Origin: Octopus vulgaris
Taxonomy: Eukaryota
Direction of reading: 5' to 3'
DNA: 64,000 nt
Assembly (NCBI GenBank): GCA_951406725.2
Contig: OX597820.1
Span: 38,068,001 to 38,132,000 of the forward strand
Numbering within the stretch: the first letter of the stretch is position 1; the number at the start of each line of letters is the position of its first letter. The notes below the pieces were generated by a model. The model did not search any database and had not been told where the DNA came from. It worked only from the letters and a program-made list of their open reading frames with translations. Position numbers and translations under genes: made by a program. Shown one piece after another: positions 1 through 13,829 of the stretch.

Positions 1-580
1 CTTTTGGTAGACCCTGGTATAAGTCGGCGTTTGTTGTATGACTCTTCCAGGAGACATTGAGTGACGTTCTAAGCATTCTCATATAACAACCGTCCAACTG
101 CTTCTTCAATGCTTTAGTGAGGCTCCATATTCCAGCTCCGTACAGAACTACAGACTCCACCGTTGCCAGAAGCAACCTTACTTTCAATTCCGTTGCTAAC
201 TTTGAGCTCCATACATTTCTCAATTTATGGCATGCCCTCCAGGCTAGAGCTTTCCTTGCTATAATATATTTCTCAGAACCTTGTGTCCACGCACTAAGTT
301 ATTTGAAATTTTCAACTACCTCGAGCGACTTATCGTCTCTCACTTTCACTGACACGGGCATTTCGTGGTTGAATACTTGCAGCTCTGTTTTCTTTGCGTT
401 ACAGTACGATTCTACCTTCCACGATTCCTGCTCTAATCTGCTCAGCACCTCCTGTGTCTGATCTGTCCTCTCTGTAAGTAATACCAGGTCATAAGCATTT
501 TCTAGGTCAGTTTCTGTTACTGCTTGACGCCGTCTACTTCTTTGCTTATGCAGTTTGAATCCCAGTTCTTCTTCCTCATT
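1..580 (-). mobile_element. Degenerate non-LTR retrotransposon RT C-terminal fragment (RTE/RTEX-like LINE)
   Basis: Minus-strand translation gives ...RSRRQAVTETDLENAYDLVLL (decayed YADD region)...NAKKTE...VENFK*LSAW...ARKALAWRACHKLRNVW...VESVVLYGAGIWSLTK...LDGCYMRMLR...NVSW, the typical LINE RT thumb region. It runs off the window edge. Confidence 0.75.
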
Positions 581-1434
581 TAAGTAAGTGGATAGCGTAT
601 GTGCATATGTTTATAACTATATGTAGTTTTTGAGTGTATGATATCACAGTCTCACATTATCGACAAGACCATTAGACGCTGTTACAAACTGGTTGTCACA
701 TTTCGCATCCAATTCTATCTTGATTATACCATTTTCTCCGTTTTGACCAGAATTGGTTGACTAAATTGGTTTCGCATCGTCGAGGAGGCCTTCTAAGTGG
801 TCTTTTCCAGTTTCCAAGTGTATATATAGCGTTAATGTGCGTGCAGCTGTAGTTATGTGGACATGCATGTTATATAGTGTAAATATCTATGTGAGTGTGT
901 GTGGATAGGTATATGGTGGTTGGAGGTTGTGATGGCATTTTCATCTATCTGTGTGTGATACAAAGTTTTACAAACGTGCATTTGTTCGCGTTTCTGCTCC
1001 TTTTCTCATAACTTGCTAGGATTCACAAGAAAGAAATGTAAATCTCTTACAATGAACCCATCTTCAATATTCTTGAAATTCTCCGGGTTAGTCTGTTCAA
1101 TTTTCCTGTAAAAAGTGTTTACATTTAATAAGAATTACTGTGAGATTCATAAAATAAGTGAAAAAAGGAACACACCATTTGTGAAGTATTAATTATACCA
1201 CATCGTCGCGATAAGAGGCAGTAGACAACGTGTGGTACTTGCATTTGCATGAATTTACGGAGAACGTAAAGGATGGACAAAATAACGTACGTTTTGTAGC
1301 CAAAACAATGTTTGTTACAGGTAATAGGCCCTGAAGATTAGCTAAGCAGATTTTATGTGTCAAAAGTTACTTAACAAACATTGTTTTAGCTATGAAACAT
1401 TCGTACTCAGTACTTTTCCTTTCTTACATTCTCG

Positions 1435-1453
1435 TATATATATATAATGTGTG

Positions 1454-1531
<78 letters not shown>

Positions 1532-1753
1532 TATATGTATATATATATAATGTTTATGATATATATGTATATATATATATATAATATATCTATATATATT
1601 ATATACGTATATATATGTATATATATAGAGAATATATAAGTATATATATATAATATATATATGTATATATATATATAAAATATATATGTATATATAGTAT
1701 ATATATAATATTTATATAAATATATTTATACATATAATATAAATGTATGTATC

Positions 1754-1784
<31 letters not shown>

Positions 1785-1960
1785 CCATATCCATACACAT
1801 ATATATATGCATTTGTGTCTATATATCTATATGTATGTGTGTGTGTGTGTATGTAGATATATGTATACACACATACATATATAATACATATGCACGTACA
1901 CACACGCACTCACACTTGTACGCGCGCGCACACACACTTGTACGCGCGCGCACATACGCG
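1435..1960. repeat. (TA)n/(CA)n compound microsatellite; representative of dozens of such arrays across the window
   Basis: Directly visible dinucleotide arrays. Confidence 0.95.
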
Positions 1961-2390
1961 CGTAACGTTACTGAGGCAAGCTGCTATGTTAAGAAATCAA
2001 AAGAAAAGGAAATTACAAATGCTATCTTGAAGTCATGAGATTTTATGAGTGAGTTTGTAGTAAATGAAATTAATAATGAATGAAATCGTTAAGTTAAGGA
2101 ATTAAAACTTCGTTCTCTTGATGGTTTCCACAGACAGAATTCATTAATTGAAAGGTGAATGTGTCATCACCGATAACCTTTAATATGTTGCTATTGAAAT
2201 TCTCATATATTCCTCTTGAACACGTGATATGGAGATCACTTCCTAGAAACAAAATAGTAGTAGTAGTAGTTTCGACGTTCGTCGAAAGGTGTCTGCAACA
2301 TCATGCTTCGTTAAGTTTGTGTTCTGTTTCAGAGAGTGTGGCATAAAATTACGCTGATAAGGAATAAATGTAATATATAGAGTTCGGTAC

Positions 2391-2820
2391 GGAGACGAGC
2401 TGGCAGAAACGTTAGCACGCCGGGCGAAATGCTCAGCGGTATTTCGTCTGCCGTTACGTTCTGAGTTCAAATTCCGCCGAGGTCGACTTTGCCTTTATCC
2501 TTTCGGGATCGATAAATTAAGTACCAGTTACGCCCTGGGGTCGATGTAACCAACTTAATCCGTTTGTCTGTCCTTATTTGTCCCCTCTATGTTTAGCCCC
2601 TTGTGGGCAATAAAGAAATAAGAAACGTTAACTCGCTGGGCGAAAAGCCTAGCAGTATTTCGTCTGTCTTTACGTTGTGAGTTCAAATCCCGTCGAGGTC
2701 GACTTTGCCTTTATCATTTCGGAATCGATAAAAATTGAGTACTAGTTGCATACTGAGGTCGATCTAGTCAACTGACCCACTCACCCAAAATTTCTGGCCT
2801 TTTGCCTAATAGTAGAAAAG
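2391..2820 (+). mobile_element. Two tandem copies of tRNA-derived SINE family A (2391-2620, 2621-2820)
   Basis: Head GAGCTGGCAGAAACGTTAGCA...GAGTTCAAATTCC (Pol III A/B-box-like) plus body GAGGTCGACTTTGCCTTT(C)ATCCTTTCGGG..GATAAA..AGTACCAGTT, which recurs many times in the window. Confidence 0.8.
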
Positions 2821-3005
2821 AGTGTATATTGCTATTGAAATTCTCATATTTTCCTCTTAACACGACATATGGAGATCAGTGGTAGTAGTAGAAGTATGCG
2901 TCAGTCGAAAGGTATCTGCAACATAATGCTTCGTTAAGTTTGTGTGATCTTTCAGGGTGGGTGGCATAAAATTACACCGATAAGGAATAGATGTAATATA
3001 TAGTG

Positions 3006-3045
<40 letters not shown>

Positions 3046-3368
3046 CATCAAAAGAAAAGGCCATATCTGATTGTCAGTAACTCTTATAACAATGCATAGT
3101 AAAACTGTTACATATAATGATGAATGGAATCTGTGTTCATTAGAGGGCGTACACACTGTGTGAGAGAATAATCAAAGAAAATGGGAAGAAAAGTTGAGAA
3201 GGGTGAGGGAAAGGTAGAAAGAGGTAAATATTGGAAAGTAGGAGATTGGACATTAATCTATGAATTCTAGACTGTATTCTATATTTGATGAGCTTCAAGA
3301 GAAAAAGGAACGTTATATAGGAATCAACGAAAATGATGAATTGTATCTTTGATGATGTGGTCTTAGAA

Positions 3369-3421
<53 letters not shown>

Positions 3422-3536
3422 CTCCACATATACACACATATACATGCACTCAAGTTCCCCCCATCTACAGTTGTATAGTCGTGGACACACACCCTTGCCT
3501 ATAGATACACACATATTAGATTTATACAGTTTGAAC

Positions 3537-3570
<34 letters not shown>

Positions 3571-3872
3571 ATATTCATTTATGCGCACATTCACGCACAC
3601 ACACATACACGCGCACACATTTATGTATAGGTGTATATGGATTGTCAGTTAAATTCATTTGTTTGTTTTTTTTGTTGTTGCTCTGTTTGTTACTCCATCA
3701 TCATTTGTCTGAAAAGAGGTAAAATTTATTGAAATTTCAGAAAAAACAAACAAGTCGCGGAAGAATAGAGATACAAACAAAAAAACCCATATAAAACACT
3801 ACGGAAAAAAGTATTTTTCATGTAAATTCAAAAAGCATTAGAAAGGATTGTATTGACAAACTCTCCCTCTCC

Positions 3873-3928
<56 letters not shown>

Positions 3929-3932
<4 letters not shown>

Positions 3933-4700
3933 TTAACAGAATGAGACAAAAATCCAAGGCAGTGAAAAATTTCAGAACATTTATAACGAGATCTTACAGA
4001 TGTTTCCGAGATATTTTATATATCCCTTCATTGGAGACGGTATGAGAACATCATTAAGCAATAGTTATTCTAGATAAGATATGAAATAGAGAGTGAAGTG
4101 GAGGAATGAAAATAGATGTGAGATATGCAGGGATACTGTTTCTGCAGTTCCATTATTTAAGCAGAATTGCATACATATAATATTCCTGTGTAAGTTCCAA
4201 TAGTATTTAAAATTGGTCATTCCAAGTATAGAGTTTGTAAACGGTGTTATTGAATCGAGGTCTTTTTTTGAAGTAACTTAAAAGTTGGGAATGTGTTTGT
4301 AAGGTCAAATCACAAACAGGGAGAGAGGAAAAAAGGAAAAGAAAAAAAGTGGGGAGAGAGATAATAAAGAAAAGAAGAGACGGAAAGTGTAGAGGTTAGT
4401 GGTCAGTCAGGATAAATTGATAGCAGGAATGTGGAGGTGAGGGTGATAGAGAGAGAAATATATGAGTTGTAAAGAGATGAGAGGGTAAAAAGTAAAGGAG
4501 TGTCAGGTATGTAGTGATAGAGCCTAAGTGAGGGGCAGAGAAAGGGGGGTGGGGGTAGTAAAATGGTGGAATGAAGAATTTGGGAATATACGTTAGGTTG
4601 CTTAGAGGACAGGTCTGAGCATTAGTAGAAGAACAATATATATATGTGAAAATGTATACACATGCGTATATTAAACATGTATATATATATTTATAGACGT
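3929..4700 (-). mobile_element. Degenerate Penelope-like pLTR/3' end abutting (TA)n
   Basis: Begins directly at a (TA)n array and contains a decayed hammerhead motif at 3992-4037. The right boundary is uncertain. Confidence 0.4.
3992..4037 (-). ncRNA. Decayed type I hammerhead-ribozyme-like motif
   Basis: Minus strand: tct-CCAATGA-A-GGGATAT-ataaa-ATATCTC-G-GAAA-C-atct-G-TA-aga. The stems are retained but the CUGANGA core is mutated. Confidence 0.45.
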
Positions 4701-6649
4701 CAACACCTACACATACAACACATACTCATATGTATATGTATATACGTACACTCATATATACATGAATCTGTATTATCATCCCTACTCACGCAGGTATACA
4801 TACCTTTCATACATACATAGACACACACATACACACACACGCATACATACACACATGCACACGTACATATGTATGTACGCATTTATATACAAATACAATT
4901 AAATGATTGTGATCTGCAAGTATGAAAGAGGAATTAGATAGGGATTAGGAGTTAAAATGTAGATTTATAAGGTTATTGGGATTATAAGGGCTATTGTGGA
5001 AATATACTGTATGGTCATTTAGGCATTTGGATTAGTGGTAGAATGTGAATGTGTGAAAAAAGCAGTGTTTCATGTGCTTTGTGTCTCATTATGTTTATTT
5101 AGCAGTGTTGGAGAGTTGTGCCCTAATATGTGAAGCGCCTCGTTCAGGTAAAGCTTGCAGATTGAGCGTTGACTTCGGTAAGGAAGCCCTAGATACAGTA
5201 TGGACCATGATAAAGTTTAGGGTATATTTATATTTTTGAGATTATGTATGTGGTTGGCGAGTGTTGTAGATTAACTATGTTTATCGCATCTAAAATAATG
5301 AAGATGAGCGTCATATCGTTGCTTAAAATCTTTGGTTTATCCTATGTATATGGCTGTAGAGTTGTGTAATAGATTAAGGACAATGCATTTGTAAATTACA
5401 TTATATCTACTGCAATGGGTTTGTAACGGGCAGATGACAGTTGTAATCTTCGCAGCTGTGATAGTAGATGTTCAACTTAAACCCATATCTCAGATATTTT
5501 GGGGCCTTGCACAATTGCGTGCAGAATGGTTTCCCTGTCCTGCTCGCATCTTGGGCACGTGGGTGCACAACTGGTACCATGCTTTGCGAGTTTATATCGC
5601 AAACTGGTAAGGCTCCTCGGTAACACTGCCAGGCCAGGGAACTCTGGAAGTTATCCAAGGGTCCTGGCACGAATGTCCTTTAGAACAGACAGGCTAGTTG
5701 ACCCTCATCGAAGCCTAGAGTTTACTCCCCAGGACGTCGTCACATTGAGCTTCTACCAACCCTAAATAGAAAGACGAGGTAGAACCCCAGCCACTGGCGT
5801 TAACCGTGAGACAGAGAAGCTTGAATGCCTCACCACACTCCGCTTGCCAATATAGCGAAATATTTATCATGAAAATGTGCAATATTTCGTATTTAATCTT
5901 TTCTTACTAGCATATTTGTTGTCACAATAATCAATAGAGTTTTGCAATATCGATGAAACAATCGATATTTCTCGTATGTTCTTTTTTCACTGAAATGAAG
6001 GAAATCAATGCGTTAAGAAACCTACAGATATTACACTGATTGGATTAGATTAAGGGTTTTCTCGTTTCAATGTATAGCATATTAAACGGTTGGAGCATCA
6101 AAAAGAACAGAATGTTCGTATACACCGGGATGAGAAGATTTTTTTATGAACTTGAAAGGCGGCATCAAATGCAATCTAATAAGACCACATTAAAAGAGAA
6201 AATTTGAAGCAACCAGAAAAATGTAAATTACATTTTTTTTGCAAAAAATGTAATACTTATTAAAGTAAGGAATACAAAATACAAACTAATGTGATGTTAG
6301 ACATTTTATTGATTTTGTTTTGAGGTTTTTAGAATGTTGTTTCTGTTTTATATGGCAGTACTAGAATATTCGGATTTAGTTTTGGTACATCACAATTTAA
6401 CATGGTCTTCCAGATGCTTATGTGTTACTAGATAACTTAAAGGCATTTTAGTTTTCATTAGAAGATGAGTCCCCAACATTAAATGGCTGAGAAATAAATG
6501 CTTATATGCAAAAATAGTCTCGCTCTGAAGTTTGTATTGAAAGGCTTCAAAGATCATAGGTATAAGCAGTTGGGAAGTCGGACTCAATTTACAGCATTTG
6601 GTTTAGTGCCTTTACATTTTGAGTTCAAATTCTGGCTTTACATTTTGAT

Positions 6650-6860
6650 TTCACATTTTGACACAAGGTCGGCAATTTCGGGGGAGGGGGTAAGTGGTTT
6701 ACGCCGACTCCAGTGCTCAACTGGTACTCATTTTTTGACTCCGAAAAGATGAAAGGCAAAGTCGATCTCTGTGGAATTTGAACTCAGAACGCACAGACGG
6801 CGAAATACCGCTAAGCATTTTGCCTGGCGTGCTAGCGATTCAGCCAGCTAGCCGCCTTAA
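6650..6860 (-). mobile_element. SINE family A copy
   Basis: Reverse complement of the 2391-2620 head and body. Confidence 0.75.
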
Positions 6861-7234
6861 AAAAGGGGGTTGGTGTCTTGTTCACGCAGAAATACTAACC
6901 TGGTTACTTACCCCATTCATTTGGCTTCCCATATTATCAACCCGAAACGAATATGAATAACAAACATATACAGAGAACACTTGAAAGAATGACAGACCGT
7001 GAGGCAAACCCTTAAGGCATTTATTTGATGCCATTTACTTTCCGTTCAAATCAGACCAAGGTGAACATTTTCCTTTAAATTTTCTTTCCAGGAAGGAAAA
7101 GTCAAATATTAGTTCAATTTATAGTTTCATAACATACATTAAAATGTGAATGGAATTCTAACACTTGATTACATCTTCTACCCAATAATTCATTGATCTT
7201 AAAACTGATAAAAAGGAACTGTGTAATAATATTC

Positions 7235-7309
<75 letters not shown>

Positions 7310-7318
7310 ATATATATA

Positions 7319-7358
<40 letters not shown>

Positions 7359-7940
7359 TTCAGCATTGTTTCGCTTAGTCCTGAAAAATTATCGATTTTG
7401 CTACAGCCGAAGAATCAGTGTTAAAATGGAAGTTGAAAAGTAGAAACATTTGAAGTTCTGAAGTTAAATACACTGGCCAGTGACAAAATATGATGCAATA
7501 TGCTGATGGTGTAATACAAGCTGCTGATATGTTCACTGATGGCTCTGTATCCTATCAACTTTGATTTCTCTTCAAAGAACAGATAAAATATGAAAAAGTA
7601 TATTTGCATTGACAAACACAGCTCATTGCCAAACATGACACGTTACCCAGTAAAACTGGCGCAGAAAATACATTTGATCTTGTCTAATTCACAAAGAGCG
7701 TATTTCTCACAGAATATTTTCAGAAATATTGGCTGTTCTGAAGACAGCTGAGTGTCTTCGCCAAGTATATTGCCAGTGCCGGTGAGATTATGAACAATTG
7801 TACTACTTACAGTTGATACGCCAACGACTTATCGATTGGATCAGCACCGAATAATGTGCGGACAATAAAATAAATTTAAATAAAATTTTGTATATGAAAA
7901 GTGAGCACGTCATACACACACACGCGCACACACGCACACA

Positions 7941-8027
<87 letters not shown>

Positions 8028-8134
8028 GTATGTATGTATATATGAAATTTATATTATAGAAAAACAGAAGACGAAGACAGGTGTATGAAAAAAAAAACAA
8101 GTATATTAGTTTGACGCTTGGGAAAGTGAAAACT

Positions 8135-8170
8135 CTTTTACGCTTCGAGCCTACGTTCTTCAACAGAAAG
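8135..8170 (-). ncRNA. Decayed minimal hammerhead-like motif in a short cassette (about 8045-8175) between microsatellites
   Basis: Minus strand: cttt-CTGTTGA-A-GAAC-gtag-GCTC-GAAG-CG-T-A-aaag; same layout as the motif at 39951-39985, with core mismatches. Confidence 0.45.
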
Positions 8171-8172
8171 GA

Positions 8173-8250
<78 letters not shown>

Positions 8251-8293
8251 AAAAAAAAACTTGTGGATTTAGCGGTCAAGAAATATAAATACA

Positions 8294-9566
8294 TTGTGTT
8301 ATCCCATAAATAATGCGGTTTTTTATACTTCTTTTATTTTTCAAAATTAAAATAAATAAAGTTTCTTTTAATCTGAAATATACTCTCCTTTATTTTCTAC
8401 AATGTTCTTCCATCTATCTGGTTGGTTTCCAAGGGCCCTCTTCCAAAATTCACTTGTCTGCAGCGAAAAGATTCTCCCACAGTACTGTTCTCAGCTCGTC
8501 TACAAAATTCATATTTTCCCGTCCAAATCATTTTGAAGATTTCGTATAACATGATAATCAGATGGGGCAACGTCCAGCGAATATGATGGATGGGGCACCG
8601 TTTCACATTCAAACTGCTCCAGCCTTTGGAATATCATCCTCACTGTATGTGACCTAGCATTATCCTGATGGAAGAACATTTGTCGTACTCAAACCAAAGA
8701 CGGTCGTTTTACTTCTAGCGCTGACTTAAGCCGCTGAAGCTTCTCACAGTAATCTCTTTTGTTATCGTTCTGTTTGGGTTTAAAAGTTCAAAATGGACTA
8801 AACCTTTCATATCCCACTAAACAGATAACAACTATTTACGTGAGTGAAGACCTTTATTTGCCTGGGTTGCCGGCATTTCTTCTTTCCCCATCCACTGTCC
8901 TCGGTGCTTGACACTTTTATAGAGATACCATTTTTCGTCACCACTCACTATTCGGTCCCAAAAAAAAGAGGTTCATTCGTGAGACGTGACAGCAAAGAAA
9001 AGCACACATTCACTCTCTGCACGCTTTTAGACTCGAAAAGTTTATGAGAAACCCATCGACCCAATTTACTGACTGTTTCGATGGCACACAGGTGTCGATG
9101 AATGATTGAATGGCCAAATCAAAGATTCTCTGCTAGTTTCTCAACAGTTACAATGAAGGTTTCTTCTACCAGGGTTTGCCGGACGTCCTCGTCGATCTCT
9201 ACACGTCTTCCAGGACGAGGCTGTAGTTTCCGGCTCGGAATTTCTGGAATCACCGTTGACACTGGCTTACGCTTATTGTCCGATCCCCAAATACTGCATT
9301 AATATTCCTTGCATTTTCCTTTAAGTTGTTGCCCTTATTGAACTCAAAGCAAAATATGCCGAATATGCACCTTTGTTACTTCCATTATAGCTTTGAAAAA
9401 ATAGCTGTTAAAATCAAACTGCACTCTTCAAAGCTTTCACTAAGAATAAGTACAGGCTAAAATTACTACCTGCTTTTATAGCAAGTTGATACAAGTAGTT
9501 TATCCCGTTTCCCTCCAAATTTTACTTCATGCAATTGAAAAAAACCCGCATTTTATGTGATGTCCC
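8294..9566 (-). mobile_element. Degenerate full-length mariner transposon
   Basis: Imperfect TIRs (..TCCCATAAATAATGCGGTTTTTT / AAAAAAACCCGCATTTTATGTGA..). A frameshifted minus-strand transposase starts MEVTKVHIRHILL at 9385 and includes a decayed PHPSYSLDVAPSDYH motif near 8550-8600. Confidence 0.8.
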
Positions 9567-9614
9567 TCCCTATACATGCACACACACACATATATATATG
9601 TGAATATATATATA

Positions 9615-10372
9615 TCAGGTCGTCCCATAAATAATGTACGGATTTTGAATAAGGAAAATAAGTGATGAAAACTTAAACGTCAATATAGTTTCCATGATTT
9701 TCTGTGACATATTTCCATCTACTCGCAAGCCATTAATCCCGTTAGTGAAAAACTATTTCGGTTTCGAAGAGAACAACTCTGAAAGGTCAGTTTTGATTCT
9801 CCAGTCGTTTCGAGAGTTAACCCATCCAAATAATTCTGTAAATTATGGAACAAATAGTAATCTGAAGGAGCAAGGTTTGGGGTATAAAGTGTATGAACAA
9901 TTTACTCCCAGCCAAGTTCATCGATCTCCTGCGAAATGATCTTCGCAGTGTGGACACTTGCTTTGTCCTGATGAAACACCGCTCCCTTTCGTTTCACTAA
10001 AGCAAGACTTTTCTTCTTCAAAGCAACGTTCAAAGTTTCTCATTGCTGACAGTAGATTTGAGCATTGATTGTTGCATTAGTTGGTAGCAACTCTAAGAGG
10101 ATGACCCCTTTGCAATTCATCGAAACATAGTGATGTACATTCGTTGCATGGAATTCTCTCTTTTCAGTTGTTTTTGGGCCTCTTCTCTGTTCCTTTGTCA
10201 CTTCCATTATAGCTTTGAAAAAATAACTGTTAAAATCGAACTGCACACTTCAAAACTTTCACTAAAATTACTACCTAATTTTATTGCAAGTTGATGCAGC
10301 TAGTTTATCCTATCCTCTCTGACTTTTAGTTCATGCAATTGAAAAAACCGCTTTATTTATGGGATGACCCAA
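9615..10372 (-). mobile_element. Internally deleted mariner of the same TIR family, tandem to the previous element
   Basis: TIRs GGTCGTCCCATAAATAATG / TTATTTATGGGATGACCC. The 5' UTR and MEVTKE start match 9370-9560, and are joined directly to the GVILLELLP..TINAQIYCQQ catalytic-domain segment. Confidence 0.8.
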
Positions 10373-10524
10373 CACACACAAACATATATATATATATATA
10401 TATATGCTCCTACATACACGCACATACACACATATTTAAACATACATATTTATGTATGTATATCGTTATTCAGTATATTTAAACATTTCTTGACAATAAA
10501 GAACCGGTTCTAACCTAGATCCAA

Positions 10525-10575
<51 letters not shown>

Positions 10576-10748
10576 TATGCATGTATGTAATAATTTATCT
10601 ATCTATCTGTCTGTCTATCTGTCTGTAGTAGAAACTGTACAGTTGTTAAGGAACTTTTATACTCAGTAGTATTGCTAGTTATAAGGTACAGAGAAAATAT
10701 ACGATAAAAGATAAAGACAAGTTTGTTCTCGCCATCTCTGATACACAT

Positions 10749-10809
<61 letters not shown>

Positions 10810-10810
10810 C

Positions 10811-11414
10811 ATACCGATCCTCGAATATACACCATTTAAAGCTATGTTCAAATTAAATTATGTAACGATTTACCTGTATAGGTTCAATATATATCTCCTC
10901 AGGCGATACTCAGTTGCTGTCTCCGTAAGTAAATCTAAATTTCCATGCTACAACATCCATGGCTTCTCCTTTGAACATATGTACATGTATTTTTTTAATA
11001 TATGCATATATGTGTGTACGTGTCTGCGCGTGAGTCTATGTGTGTGTGTATGTATGGAAACACTCAGTGATGTATGGTATATCGGTGTGTAAGTGATTGT
11101 ATAAGTATGAGCTAATGGATGAATGTATTTTGTGTAATGGTACAGTTTGGCATGCGCAGAATAACATATTGAAACTGAATAAATAAACAGACATTGCAGC
11201 TCATGTCGAATGTGGTAACACACTCATACCGAGCGAATTAAAACCATCAGCGTTTGTTAGTTTCAAAGAAGAAGCCAGTTGTGGTATGGAAATCTAGATT
11301 TACTTACGGAGACAGCAACTGAGTATCGCCTGAGGAGATACATATAGGTAAAGCGTTACATAATTTAATTTAAACTAAACTTTAAATCCTGTATATACGA
11401 AGATATGTATGTAT
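10811..11414. repeat. Foldback element: about 140-bp inverted arms (10811-10954 / 11278-11414)
   Basis: TCTCCTCAGGCGATACTCAGTTGCTGTCTCCGTAAGTAAATCTA and its exact reverse complement, extended by imperfect matches. Confidence 0.85.
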
Positions 11415-12516
11415 CGAAACAGTTGTAGTGATTAAAAAGCTGCCTAACCGTACTTACTCTTCCTTTTGACTCTTTTACTCTTTAATTTTTATTTTCACAC
11501 ACGAGGAATACATAAGACTAGAATTGGTAGCATACCATAAGAATACTGCTGGCTGTTTGGGAATTCTAACGGTGAACGAACTCTATTTGTACTCTTATAC
11601 GTTCTTAACAGAACACACCTCAACTATATATATATATATATATATATATGCATACACATGCACACCCACACATACACACATTACAAGCACACACACACAC
11701 ATATATATGTTCTTACTCTGTCAAGGTAAGATACAAAAAGTGTACATCATCCGGTGAGAGATAAGTATTGTTTGATGTACACAGTATATAGTTATCAGTC
11801 AAAAATAAATTCATACATTGTTATACAGGCAGGTTTTATTAATATATCTAGTCTTTCTAAGTAATCTTCGGGTTCTGAAAACATGGCCAATAGAAGTTAC
11901 AAACCAGGACAATAGAACAAGAAAATCACGAGAGATAACGAAAGGAATGTAAATGCAAAATTTGGAAGCGTGGAAAAGAAACTGAAAAAGATGATAATTA
12001 GAGTTATGTCCTCGTTGGTTGTGAAGTCATAAAGCTAGTTGGTAAAGAATCGCTGAAGGGGTCCAAAACTTGCGATACAGCTGCTCAGTCCGGAGAAAGT
12101 GGTGTTCTCCAATCCGCAAAAGAATAACAAAAAAAAAAGAAAAGAAAAAATCTTGTCCATATGTTTGTATTTACCGAAAATTTCTGATCCGGAATTCAGT
12201 AATGTTGGTGGAATCTTTAGATCTAAAAGGATATGTGATTTTCATTTACACGTAACTTGAATTTTTTTTCAGATCGATTATGACATGGAATTTTTCTACA
12301 AATTTCCACTTGATTGTATGTTATGTAGAGTTAACCTTCAAGCCCCATACATGGCTAGCAAACGTTATGGCTTTACTTATGTCCATGTACCAGAAAGGAA
12401 ATAGATCGTTAGTATACAGTCTTTTAAAGTAGCTTTCGCATAACTTAGTATAATTATTTTCAATTAGATTATCATGCAGTGTTGCTATAGATTCTGCCAC
12501 ATATATAACGGAGGTT

Positions 12517-12571
<55 letters not shown>

Positions 12572-13059
12572 GTATGTATTTATGTATTATAGCTATGCAT
12601 GTATACACATACATACATACATACATACATACATGAGGTTTCTGTGTCTAACAATCTCCTCTCGAAAAAAGTACTGGTCAATCTGCAGTTACTCTTACTC
12701 AAAGAGATTTGCATTGTGGTTAAACCCGAAACTGCCTGCTTGTGATGCAAACCTTTTGAACCGCAGTCATGCATTATTGAGAACATTGTTGCTACATCAA
12801 GAATCCTATTGTAAGACAAATTTAATCAAATCTCCTTGGAAGATCGACAAAACAATGAACCAAATACAATAAGAACTTCTCTCATCTTCGTTAGAAACAG
12901 AACAGAAGATGCAGTGCTTACATTGTTTGAACTTCCATAAACAGACATGTCACCAGGTGATGAGGACAGCTGTTACTTGAAATAGATCAAAGACATTTCT
13001 TCTTGTGTATTGCAATGTTATATGTAGCTGTTCTTATAAACTTATTTTCGTGATTGTAG

Positions 13060-13453
13060 TTTAACGATGCTCTTGTTGTTGTTGTTGCTGTTGGTATTGC
13101 TTTTCCTAATGTTGTTGATGTTGTGGTTGTTTTTGCCGTTATTATTGGTAGATTTCCTTTTTCCCCCCTTCCATCCTCTTTTCGTTCTTGTTCTGTTTTG
13201 GCTGTATCTTTTTCTTCCAGCTGTTGTTGCTGTTGTTGGTGTTGTTGTTGTTGTTGTTGTTGTTGTTCTTCTTCTTCTTCTTCTTCTTCTTCTTCTTTGC
13301 CTTCTTTTCCTCTTCTTCTTCTTCTTCTTCTTCTTCTTCTTCTTCTTCTTCTTCTTCTTCTTCTTTTTCTTCTTCTTCTTTTCCTCCTCCTCCTCCTCTT
13401 CCTTCTTCTTCTTCTTCTTCTCCGTCTTCTTCGTCATTGTTGTCGCCGTCGTC

Positions 13454-13507
<54 letters not shown>

Positions 13508-13525
13508 GCATCACCTTCTTCCTCT
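13060..13525. repeat. Compound trinucleotide microsatellite (GTT/CTT/CCT/CAT)
   Basis: Directly visible; explains the poly-K/F/L/H ORFs. Confidence 0.95.
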
Positions 13526-13829
13526 TAGTAAAAATTGAGATGAGTTACTTCTAGCCACATTGTGTATGCGCGCATGTGTGTGTGAGTGTGTGCCCGCACG
13601 CGTGTTTATAAACATATGAAGAACTCACTCGCAAAGTTATTGACAGATAGATTGACGCACAGACTGATGTGCATTTGTGTTAATGCGTACAAAATAAAAT
13701 GCATAAACATACACGAACATTACAAGCATACATGTGTGCTTGTACGTCAGGTTTTGTATCTGTTTATGCATGCATACTATACATTCATGTGTAAGAATAT
13801 ATTTGAGTGTCTTCGTGTACATATATACG

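Noticed and set aside
13042-13554. ORFs with poly-K/E/F/L/H tracts (also 27109-27442, 36991-37378, 49105-49554, 50606-51104)
   Set aside because: Translations of trinucleotide microsatellites, open in several frames on both strands; no evidence of protein coding.
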